Source of the DNA: a virus | Lineage: Duplodnaviria; Caudoviricetes | Strand: one strand, 5' to 3' | IMG/VR virus record: IMGVR_UViG_3300032024_000071 | Location: 1-25,955 of that record | DNA: 25,955 nt | In this document: in pieces, positions 1-7,229 of the stretch | How positions within the stretch are numbered: position 1 is the first letter of the stretch | Layout: each line of letters starts with the position of its first letter | Program-made: the position numbers and the translations under genes | The notes under the pieces: generated by a model | What the model was told of the DNA's origin: nothing | What the model saw: only the letters and a program-made list of their open reading frames with translations | Databases searched by the model: none

Positions 1-2
1 TG

Positions 3-1631
3 ATTACCCTTCCTAGAGTTTTTAAGATCCTAAAGCACTCAGCTACGACCTCTACCCTAAAATGCCCAACCCATGGCAAATTTGATCGTAAGCTGTATGA
101 TATTATCCAGCAGAATACAAAGGTCCCTTGCCTAGACTGTCGTGAAGATATGAAGGATGAAGAATTTAGATCCAAATTAAATATTAAGGGAATAAAACTT
201 TTAACTATTAAGGGCTCTTATTACCGGGTAAAGTGTCTCACCTGTAAGAATAAGTGGACCATAGAAGGAAGAGGTCTACGATCAGGCTGTACTACATGTT
301 CATTGAATAATAAAGGAAAATCTAAGAGAACACCTGTAACTATCTTTAAACAATCATTGTATGATAGGCATGGGGGCACTATAGAGCTGTTGGGTACAAA
401 ATTTACTAAGGCTGCCGATAGGTACACTTTTAGGTGTAAGGTATGTAATCATACCTGGCCCACTAGAGGAAGTAGCCTTGTAAACAAACCGTATTCAGGA
501 TGTAAGATGTGTAGCAGAGTTAAGAAGAATATGGCTGCTACTAAGACAGACTCGGATTTTAGGTTAGATCTAATAGAAAGACATTCAGGCTCAATAGCCC
601 TTATAGGCGGGTATACCGGTTCTAGGAACGTACATACCTTTAAATGCTCTAAAGGCCATACCTGGCCCACTACTGCTGCTCACCTAGTAAAGACTATCGA
701 CACTAGCGGATGCCCTACATGTAATACTAATAAGATAAGTAAAGGGGAAAGGGCCCTATTTAGGTGGGTGAAGAAGTATTGCCCTGACGCACTTCAATCT
801 GTACGTCAGATGAAGCACCCTGTTACTGGAAATCGTTTAGAGTGGGACATTTATATACCGAGTAAAAACATTGCCATTGAATATAATGGGGTACATTTTC
901 ATAGGTACCCCATTAAACCTAGAGACTACCACCGCATGAAGACGGAACTCTCCAGAGAATTAGGGGTTAGGTTGATCCATGTTCCTGATATAGAGTGGAA
1001 TCACAAGAAAAAGGTAGTAAAGAAAACGTTAAAACATGCCCTAGGTATAACGGGTAATAGATATTTTGCCCGTAAATTAGATATTGTTACAAAACTTAAA
1101 TTAACACCTACCTACAGATCATTCTATGAGAAGAACCACCTACAAGGTGCACCCAGGAAAGGTATATCGTATGCTTTATTAGATAAAGATACAAGGGCAA
1201 TCAGAGCCGTTATGACTTTCTGTGCAATCCAATCTGTTAGGGGGACTAGCGCCCAGGTAGGCCACTATGAGCTTATTAGGTATGCCTCACGCGGCAGTGT
1301 TATAGGAGGAGCTAGTAGATTATTTGCTGCCTTCCAGAGAGACTACCTCCCTAAGAAGATACTTTCTTACTCACAGAATGATTGGTTTGATGGCGCCTTA
1401 TATCCCTTCCTAGGCTTCATTAAGACTAAAGAACTAGGTTCAGATTATAGAACTGCCTGGAAAGGTAGACTAAGACATAAATCATATACCCGACGTAATT
1501 CCCTAGAACGAATATTAGGGTCAGCCTTTGACCCTAATATAACAGAGCAGCAAAATCTCATAGATAACGGTATTCCTATTCTATACGATTCAGGTAAAAT
1601 AAAATGGGAATGGGTACCAAACTGTAAATAA
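3..1631 (+). CDS. Zn-ribbon repeat + PD-(D/E)XK (Vsr/DUF559-like, Hef-like) homing-type endonuclease with C-terminal Mom-like GNAT domain; probably 5'-partial
   Basis: The frame is open from nt 3, upstream of the ATG at 150, and encodes one more Zn-ribbon (CPTHG...PCLDC). Three further repeats follow: CLTC..W..GCTTC, CKVC..W..GCKMC, CSKGH.W..GCPTC. Nuclease motif LEWDIYIPSKNIAIEYNGVHFH. C-terminal NHLQG, YELIRYAS, VIGGASRLF, ILSYS and GALYPFLGF. Confidence 0.8.
   Translation: MTLPRVFKILKHSATTSTLKCPTHGKFDRKLYDIIQQNTKVPCLDCREDMKDEEFRSKLNIKGIKLLTIKGSYYRVKCLTCKNKWTIEGRGLRSGCTTCSLNNKGKSKRTPVTIFKQSLYDRHGGTIELLGTKFTKAADRYTFRCKVCNHTWPTRGSSLVNKPYSGCKMCSRVKKNMAATKTDSDFRLDLIERHSGSIALIGGYTGSRNVHTFKCSKGHTWPTTAAHLVKTIDTSGCPTCNTNKISKGERALFRWVKKYCPDALQSVRQMKHPVTGNRLEWDIYIPSKNIAIEYNGVHFHRYPIKPRDYHRMKTELSRELGVRLIHVPDIEWNHKKKVVKKTLKHALGITGNRYFARKLDIVTKLKLTPTYRSFYEKNHLQGAPRKGISYALLDKDTRAIRAVMTFCAIQSVRGTSAQVGHYELIRYASRGSVIGGASRLFAAFQRDYLPKKILSYSQNDWFDGALYPFLGFIKTKELGSDYRTAWKGRLRHKSYTRRNSLERILGSAFDPNITEQQNLIDNGIPILYDSGKIKWEWVPNCK
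450..672 (+). repeat. 16-bp direct repeat CATACCTGGCCCACTA (450-465, 657-672) marking a duplicated Zn-ribbon unit
   Basis: Exact repeat 207 nt (69 codons) apart; both copies encode HTWPT. Confidence 0.85.
1621..1628 (+). promoter_or_regulatory. ACTGTAAA motif copy 1 (putative phage-specific promoter)
   Basis: Recurrent motif 48 nt before the ATG at 1669; overlaps the last codons of the endonuclease gene. Confidence 0.65.
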
Positions 1632-1668
1632 AGTACGTAAGCAACCCTAACTTTAAAGGAAGACCCTA

Positions 1669-2145
1669 ATGACCGAGACCGCCGAAAACACGACTAGAAA
1701 GCCTGTTACTCTGCCAGTAACCCCCTTCATTGACCTAACCGGCCTGCTGGATTTAGTTTCAGGTATTACGTTAATCTTGACCAAAACACCAGATACCTAT
1801 TGGAACGGAGGTGCTGTCTGGAATTTAGATCGAGGTGATGTCTGTATAAGTACTTAAGAAGAAGAAAACAATGTTCTGCATATTGGGGTAACCTTAAACC
1901 CTGATTTGGATATAAGTCTGACAGAGATCCAGCAGTGGGCTCTTGCTGGACTTGCAGCAACCCACAACATAGAAGTTGTTGAATATGTAGATAGAGGTGA
2001 AGAAGAACAATCTAAGGCCTTCAGTGAAGGCGCCGCTGCTTACGCGGACGACCTTCCGTTAGAGGCTAACCCTTATCCTGCCCTATCAGATGAACATGCT
2101 GATTGGTTCCTAGGCTGGAAGGAAGCTGACGAGGAAGACTTTTAG
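1669..2145 (+). pseudogene. Single ~158-codon gene split by one in-frame TAA (1855-1857); C-terminal Rmf/CrpP-like motif
   Basis: ORFs 1669-1857 and 1906-2145 share one frame with no other stop (DVCIST*EEENNVLHIGVTLNPDLDISL). There is an SD (AAGGA) only before 1669. C-terminus AFSEGAAAY...ANPYP......WFLGW. Confidence 0.65.
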
Positions 2146-2181
2146 ACTATGCAACTGATCTAACATACCGCCTAGACCTAA

Positions 2182-2189
2182 ACTGTAAA
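2182..2189 (+). promoter_or_regulatory. ACTGTAAA motif copy 2
   Basis: Intergenic, 47 nt before the ATG at 2229. Confidence 0.65.
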
Positions 2190-2228
2190 CGTACAGTGTT
2201 ATTAATCATAAACTATAAGGAAGACCAA

Positions 2229-2924
2229 ATGAAGACAAACCCATTCCCCGCACTATTCATCTGCCTAAACGTGATCGCTCTGACCGTAATCATGGGGTGC
2301 AGTTCTGATCAAGAGAAATTGGTAGAAAAGCAAAAGCAAACCTGCAAGGTCGATATTGAGAGTGGAAAAGAACCCACAGCGTTCTGTACTAATCTGCTAC
2401 CCGAGTATCGCTCCGTATCCCCTGTTACGCAACAGGTACCTGCCACCCAACAACCTGCCGATCAACAATATGCTCAGCCTGTCCAGTATGCACCACAAGG
2501 TCAGCCGGTGATCGTCAATCAACCTCAACCTGCGGCCAGTACAGATAGTGGGGGTAATATGATCCGGGACATGGCGCTCGGTGGAATGCTAGGACAGGCA
2601 TTTAGTGGCAGGTCAAGTGGGCAATCTTTTGCGGCACAACAACAGCAACCTACTACGGTTGTCCACAAGACAATTATCCAACAGGCGCCCGCAGCTAATC
2701 AACAAGCACCCGTAGCTAAGTCTGTCCCTGAGGTTACGCCCGCTAAGGCCCCCGCTATGGATATGAGCAAACTACATGCCCCTATTCCAGCAGCTGCTCC
2801 CATTATGCCTACTGCTAAACCCAAACAGCCAGCAATGGATATGAGCAAAATGTCTCAATCAGTTCGCCCCAAGCCTGCAGCTCCGATGACCTCAAGAATG
2901 TCTGCACCCAGTAAACGTAAATAG
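2229..2924 (+). CDS. Putative lipoprotein with Gln/Pro/Ala-rich disordered tail
   Basis: SD AAGGA before ATG 2229, preferred over the GTG at 2196. The N-terminus MKTNPFPALFICLNVIALTVIMG-C has a hydrophobic segment and lipobox-like Cys. PAMDMSK occurs twice. Confidence 0.7.
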   Translation: MKTNPFPALFICLNVIALTVIMGCSSDQEKLVEKQKQTCKVDIESGKEPTAFCTNLLPEYRSVSPVTQQVPATQQPADQQYAQPVQYAPQGQPVIVNQPQPAASTDSGGNMIRDMALGGMLGQAFSGRSSGQSFAAQQQQPTTVVHKTIIQQAPAANQQAPVAKSVPEVTPAKAPAMDMSKLHAPIPAAAPIMPTAKPKQPAMDMSKMSQSVRPKPAAPMTSRMSAPSKRK

Positions 2925-2941
2925 GAAGTAGACAACCAGGC

Positions 2942-2979
2942 AAAGGTCGGTCTCTAGACATAGGGATCGGCCTTTTCTT
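2942..2979 (+). terminator. Rho-independent terminator
   Basis: 15-bp stem AAAGGTCGGTCTCTA/TAGGGATCGGCCTTT (3 G-U pairs), GACA loop, ending TTTTCTT, just after a gene end. Confidence 0.8.
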
Positions 2980-2999
2980 ACCTAAGGTCAGACTAAGAA

Positions 3000-3007
3000 A
3001 CTGTAAA
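3000..3007 (+). promoter_or_regulatory. ACTGTAAA motif copy 3
   Basis: Lies just after the terminator, 44 nt before the ATG at 3044. Confidence 0.7.
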
Positions 3008-3043
3008 TGTTTAAATGTAACACCCACTAATCAGGAGAAATTA

Positions 3044-3715
3044 ATGAAGGTACTACCTTATTCAGAGTTTAGAGCTTCTATGAAGGCATCATTAGATGCT
3101 GTCTGTTCAGATCATGAACCAACCATTGTCACTCGTCCCGGAGAACCGGTTGTTATATTATCCCTAGAGGATTATAATATCAGAGTACAGGCGATACATG
3201 TCATCGATGAAACGACCTACCTTATGTCAGGAGAAAACGGAAAACGTCTACTTGAATCAATGTCTCAGTTAAAAGAGCTTGGGGTAGAGACACCCGATGT
3301 TATTGTAATAAACCCAGGCTTGCCTACAGAGGCAGAGTATGACCCAGATAAATTGGTATTTAAAACAACGTTCATAGGACAGGACAACGTTACAGATACA
3401 GGCATAGCGGCACTAGCCCAGGAAGTAGGTCATGCTATAGACGCGGTCTACACTAAGATCATTTGGTCTGTAGGTAATAATGATCGTACTGGAAGGTCTA
3501 TCTTGACCGACAGGCTGGTGACCTTCCTGAGAGAGCACTGTCGTCATGATCTTACCCGAACACCCTTGTTGGATGCATTTCAGGTAGTCTGCGATGAGTC
3601 TAATAATACCCCCAGTCTAATAGATTCCGGCGAGTCGCCTGCTGCTTGTGTCTACTTTGACATTAAAGGTAAACATTATAGGCATGAGGCCTCTGTAATA
3701 ACTTCAGGGGACTAA
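3044..3715 (+). CDS. Phd/YefM-family antitoxin domain fused to a tail-sheath C-terminal-like domain
   Basis: aa 1-78 have the YefM signature (YSEFRASMKASLDAVCSDHEPTIVTRPGEPVVILSLEDYN...ETTYLMSGENGKRLLESMSQL). The C-terminal ND...R..L......FL and FQVVCDESNNTPSLIDSG..VYFD match the sheath gene in this window. SD AGGAG. Confidence 0.8.
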   Translation: MKVLPYSEFRASMKASLDAVCSDHEPTIVTRPGEPVVILSLEDYNIRVQAIHVIDETTYLMSGENGKRLLESMSQLKELGVETPDVIVINPGLPTEAEYDPDKLVFKTTFIGQDNVTDTGIAALAQEVGHAIDAVYTKIIWSVGNNDRTGRSILTDRLVTFLREHCRHDLTRTPLLDAFQVVCDESNNTPSLIDSGESPAACVYFDIKGKHYRHEASVITSGD

Positions 3716-3716
3716 A

Positions 3717-4172
3717 ATGAACGATGCCTCTTATACACACGCCCATGTTATAAGCGATCTGGGTCTCTGCCTAACCGCCTTCCCTGGACGATACTCAGAA
3801 GGAATTATTGTTGCTCTGACGTCTCAACCTGAACACGCTGCTGTTCTTAATGATAACTTCACTGGTGGTAGCCTTGTCTGGGAAACAGTGTCTTCTTTAC
3901 TAGCTCAATTAGAGTGGTTCCCTATTATTTTTGTAGAAAATCATTCTTCTATTATTACCGCATTGGACCAAAAATTAGAAACTATCTCTGTTACCCAGCC
4001 ACTTGATCGTGACTGGAAACTAGGTATTGAGCTTATGTGCTCTATAATAGAACAAGATAGACATCATAATCTAGTTTCCAGTATGCCAAGAGAGTTTACA
4101 CAAAATCTTACAGCCGCCGCTATAGACTTTTTATTTACTGTTAGGGATGCAGATTCCGGAGTAAATAAATGA
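3717..4172 (+). CDS. Hypothetical protein (151 aa)
   Basis: Tightly packed ORF: 1 nt after the previous stop and overlapping the next gene. No recognised motif. Confidence 0.7.
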   Translation: MNDASYTHAHVISDLGLCLTAFPGRYSEGIIVALTSQPEHAAVLNDNFTGGSLVWETVSSLLAQLEWFPIIFVENHSSIITALDQKLETISVTQPLDRDWKLGIELMCSIIEQDRHHNLVSSMPREFTQNLTAAAIDFLFTVRDADSGVNK

Positions 4173-4384
4173 AATGTAGCGGTGTTGACAGAAGGAGCAT
4201 TGCAGAACGATCCGGGTCCGCCTACGCTAGGACCATAAGCCAGACCCTTAATGACAACCCATACCCAGAAGGCAGCAGAGAATCTGATGAGTGGATTAAG
4301 GGATTCACCTTAGAGAAGGAAGCACTGCGTCTATCTAATGACCTATGGAAAAGAGAACGCGAGCAAGTCCTTATTATACAGTAA
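4169..4384 (+). CDS. Small protein with Rmf/CrpP-like motif
   Basis: ATGA overlap with the upstream gene, SD GGAG. The motif NPYPEGSRESDEWIKGF resembles the (C/N)PY...W..G(W/F) core of Rmf/CrpP-fold proteins. Confidence 0.55.
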   Translation: MKCSGVDRRSIAERSGSAYARTISQTLNDNPYPEGSRESDEWIKGFTLEKEALRLSNDLWKREREQVLIIQ

Positions 4385-4413
4385 AATTTCCTACAGGACA
4401 AAGAGATAAGACT

Positions 4414-5115
4414 ATGATAACATTACAACAATCCCTTATAGAAAGATTAACGATCGAGGCCAACCGTGAAGGATTAGCTCGCAGGCTCTTAACAACTCAC
4501 GCAGTCCTTCTAGACCAAGCCTTACCTAAGGCAGCTAGTCTTAAAACTTCCACTGCTAGGTTCAACCCACTCGACCCTCAGGTAAGACCGGACTATCTTG
4601 AATACCTAACTAGGTACTATCAAGAGTCCATTGGGGAAATTCTAGGTAATGAAGACCGTGCCTGGTTACAATCTACTAACATGGTATGTTCCCAAATAGA
4701 GGGAAAATTGAGTAGTTCTATTATTGAGGAAGCTGTAGGTATGCTTATCAAGGTAGGATTTGACCGTGCCGCTATCTCTATAGTAATGGGTATCCATTCT
4801 TACTCTGCACTGGTTATTAGTACAGAACTGTTTGAGGACTTCACACCGCCATCCTACAAGACTGAGATAGCTTCGGGTAACCTAGGGACTTTATGTGAGC
4901 TACCGTTGTATAGCGATTCTTTCCGTCACCCACTGGCTAAGGCTTTATCTAATGAGATATTTGTAGTCGCTAAGGCAGCGGGTACCCTTTACCAAGATCC
5001 ACTAGAGCTACTTACTGCTGAGTCTGGGCAGGTCATTGGAATTAAAGATCAGGTATCTCATATTTTAGCCGGGGTATCTTCTGTGATTAAGATAGTTGAT
5101 AGGTATATCAAATGA
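4414..5115 (+). CDS. Truncated, divergent major-capsid-protein (HK97-fold) paralog
   Basis: Ordered motifs ANREGLARRLL, EDRAW, GKLS, GNLGTL, SDSFRHPLAKAL, EIFVV and SSVIK resemble, from memory, the MCP of RSL1/Lu11/Y3-like jumbo myoviruses (ANRxGFxRRLL, EDRLW, GxLG, SDAYRHPxHKVL, RSVAKG). Start at 4414 avoids the overlap (alternative 4345). Confidence 0.65.
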   Translation: MITLQQSLIERLTIEANREGLARRLLTTHAVLLDQALPKAASLKTSTARFNPLDPQVRPDYLEYLTRYYQESIGEILGNEDRAWLQSTNMVCSQIEGKLSSSIIEEAVGMLIKVGFDRAAISIVMGIHSYSALVISTELFEDFTPPSYKTEIASGNLGTLCELPLYSDSFRHPLAKALSNEIFVVAKAAGTLYQDPLELLTAESGQVIGIKDQVSHILAGVSSVIKIVDRYIK

Positions 5116-5127
5116 CAGAGAGGCTTT

Positions 5128-5361
5128 ATGATGGTAGAGAAATATAGAGTTGTCTTTGATCCAGAAGGCCTACCTGGGTCAGTATGTGAGGTGGTTAAGG
5201 CAAATATATCTGACGTATCTATTGAGACTAGGACCAGCAACAAGCACCTTCTGATAAAGCCTAGGATGCGACGGGTAGTAAGGAAACAAAAGGTCTCCCT
5301 AAACTTTGTCGAAGATACCTGTCTTCCAGTAAGTGACTATTTTAATCAGCGGCTCCGATAA
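5128..5361 (+). CDS. Hypothetical protein (77 aa)
   Basis: GAGG SD, fills the gap between genes on the coding strand. Confidence 0.6.
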   Translation: MMVEKYRVVFDPEGLPGSVCEVVKANISDVSIETRTSNKHLLIKPRMRRVVRKQKVSLNFVEDTCLPVSDYFNQRLR

Positions 5362-5395
5362 AGAACATGAAAATAAGCCTAACCAGGAGGACATT

Positions 5396-5761
5396 ATGGG
5401 AAAGATTATAGTAAACGGAGGCCAGCCTTTAGAGGGTTGTCCTGAAAGCCCAGGAGCTGCAGAACTTTGGGTCAACGAGGCCAATAAGACCAAATCAGCT
5501 AGGGAGCCTAGGTGGTCCTTTGATTGTGGATTCAAGCTAGATTTTGACGGTGCGCTGCTCCGTATCAGTAGCAGGTTTTACCCACCCAAAGAGTATTACG
5601 GGAAAACCTGGGATGGGGAGGTAACGATCTACCTCTCAGGAGAGGAGGTATCCGTTAAGAAGTTCGATGAGAGGACCTTAGAGGAATTGCGAGTAGCAGT
5701 AGAGACCTACCTAGAGGAGGTAACCTTTGTTATTCGGGACACGCTAAAAGAGCACCTTTAA
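5396..5761 (+). CDS. Hypothetical phage protein (121 aa)
   Basis: A strong SD (AGGAGG) before ATG 5396 supports this start over 5333. Confidence 0.75.
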   Translation: MGKIIVNGGQPLEGCPESPGAAELWVNEANKTKSAREPRWSFDCGFKLDFDGALLRISSRFYPPKEYYGKTWDGEVTIYLSGEEVSVKKFDERTLEELRVAVETYLEEVTFVIRDTLKEHL

Positions 5762-5768
5762 CTGTAAA
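5761..5768 (+). promoter_or_regulatory. ACTGTAAA motif copy 4
   Basis: Abuts the upstream stop codon, 49 nt before the ATG at 5810. Confidence 0.65.
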
Positions 5769-5809
5769 CCAACATAGTAACCAATATTAAAATCCAGGAG
5801 AAGAATGAG

Positions 5810-6442
5810 ATGAAAGTTATCGATCTAGACATAAACCCAACAAGTGAACCGTTACCTTTTGGTTCCCCTAACAGCCCTTGGCTGCTCAGAACCTACCTAC
5901 GGTTTCAGATAGGAGCGGACACTGATACTATCTACCTGGTCTCCCTCTACCACAAACTGCCTCTTAAGAAATATTCTTTAAAAGGTCTTCAAGATACTCA
6001 CACTGCAGAGCTGTTCCACGTAAAGAGTAAGGCCGCTGCTATTAAGGAAAGTCTAGAGTGTCAACGGTACATAATGGTTATAGATGCTCTAGGAGCAAGA
6101 GGTGTAAAGCGTACTGTACCCGAGGTTTTTAATCAGGGTGGGGTATATATAAGAGGATATGAGCCACGCCTGGACCATCAGTTAGTATTAAAGATGGGCA
6201 ACAAACAATGGATTATTATGGATAGCCCTTACCACACACCTGAAGAGGGCAACGCCGAGTCTGACGAAGGTTGCTGGAGACATGTGTGGCTAGAGCAGGG
6301 CAGCGATCCTTATTACCCTATGCACACCAGGTGTAGGCTCACTGCTCACAAGGACTCTACTCTAGATCTAGCAAACCTTTCATATAAGGTAGGTGATCTC
6401 AAATTTCTAGATCCCGATCTAGTTACTGACCCAGATCTCTAA
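5810..6442 (+). CDS. Hypothetical protein (210 aa)
   Basis: SD AGGAG, long ORF, no recognised motif. Confidence 0.75.
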   Translation: MKVIDLDINPTSEPLPFGSPNSPWLLRTYLRFQIGADTDTIYLVSLYHKLPLKKYSLKGLQDTHTAELFHVKSKAAAIKESLECQRYIMVIDALGARGVKRTVPEVFNQGGVYIRGYEPRLDHQLVLKMGNKQWIIMDSPYHTPEEGNAESDEGCWRHVWLEQGSDPYYPMHTRCRLTAHKDSTLDLANLSYKVGDLKFLDPDLVTDPDL

Positions 6443-6455
6443 TTAACCTAAGGCC

Positions 6456-6479
6456 AGACAACCAATGTATTGGTTGTCT
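6456..6479. repeat. Perfect 11-bp inverted repeat AGACAACCAAT-GT-ATTGGTTGTCT (operator or hairpin)
   Basis: Intergenic and directly followed by the variant motif ACTGTATA; no U-tract. Confidence 0.75.
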
Positions 6480-6481
6480 TA

Positions 6482-6489
6482 ACTGTATA
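6482..6489 (+). promoter_or_regulatory. Variant motif ACTGTATA (copy 5)
   Basis: 7/8 match, intergenic, 29 nt before the GTG at 6511. Confidence 0.45.
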
Positions 6490-6510
6490 ACAACCCTACT
6501 GGGAGTAACT

Positions 6511-6984
6511 GTGGGCATATACACTAAATTTATCTTCGATGCGACGTTAAGAAAGGACATTCCTGCAGAGATAAGGGAGTACATTAGACATCGCCTTACC
6601 CGACCCGGTGAGGGCGCAGCCTCAACGGAAGCCGTTCCTTTTGATGCTCACCCATTCTTTGATACACCAAGCTGGTACCTCATACTTACGTGGCACAACG
6701 TTAACGGGAATGGGTTTAAGGCCCATTGCGAAGAGACAGATCTGGGTTTAAGAATCCACATCGACACTGAGTTTAAGAACTACGATAATGAAATACGTTG
6801 GTTCTTACTTTGGATAGCACCTATGGTAGATACAACCCAACCGTGTACTAAGTTTATTGAGGTTGAGGATAGCGATGCAGATGAAGAGGACTGTATTCCC
6901 CTGATCTTAAAAATACAAGAGAAGATTACCTTAAATTCAGGTAGGCTAAGCCTTACTGATCTCAACATTTTGGAAGGAGTATAA
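6511..6984 (+). CDS. Hypothetical phage protein (157 aa)
   Basis: SD GGAG with GTG start. The MGIYT...HPFF....W...FKNYDNEI..F..WI.P pattern is reminiscent of a recurrent uncharacterised phage family. Confidence 0.75.
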   Translation: MGIYTKFIFDATLRKDIPAEIREYIRHRLTRPGEGAASTEAVPFDAHPFFDTPSWYLILTWHNVNGNGFKAHCEETDLGLRIHIDTEFKNYDNEIRWFLLWIAPMVDTTQPCTKFIEVEDSDADEEDCIPLILKIQEKITLNSGRLSLTDLNILEGV

Positions 6985-6986
6985 GA

Positions 6987-7229
6987 ATGACACGAAAGAC
7001 AGGTAATACCTGGTCAACTGAGAAGTGCGGACGTTGTGACGATCCTCACACAGGGTACTCAGGAAAGCTCGACGCAGAAGGTGTTGAGTACGTGGTTTGT
7101 GGGTCAACCCACAAACGAATGAATGTTAGTGGAACTGGAGCACAAGCAAACTCATTTGCTTTTTCTGGAGTTTGGACTAAACAAGAAAATTTAACAACAG
7201 GAGTACAAGATGAAAAACACCCTACCTAA
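6987..7229 (+). CDS. Small Cys/His protein, possible Zn-binding
   Basis: SD AGGAG; CGRC..PH and VVCG motifs. Confidence 0.65.
   Translation: MTRKTGNTWSTEKCGRCDDPHTGYSGKLDAEGVEYVVCGSTHKRMNVSGTGAQANSFAFSGVWTKQENLTTGVQDEKHPT

Noticed and set aside
3044-4172. Complete YefM-YoeB toxin-antitoxin pair
   Set aside because: The 151-aa downstream protein is acidic and shows no RelE/YoeB, Doc/Fic or PIN features I can recognise. A novel toxin cannot be fully excluded.
5396-5437. N-terminus MGKIIVNGGQPLEG resembles the start of MurA
   Set aside because: The similarity covers about 14 residues; the protein is only 121 aa and has no other MurA motif.
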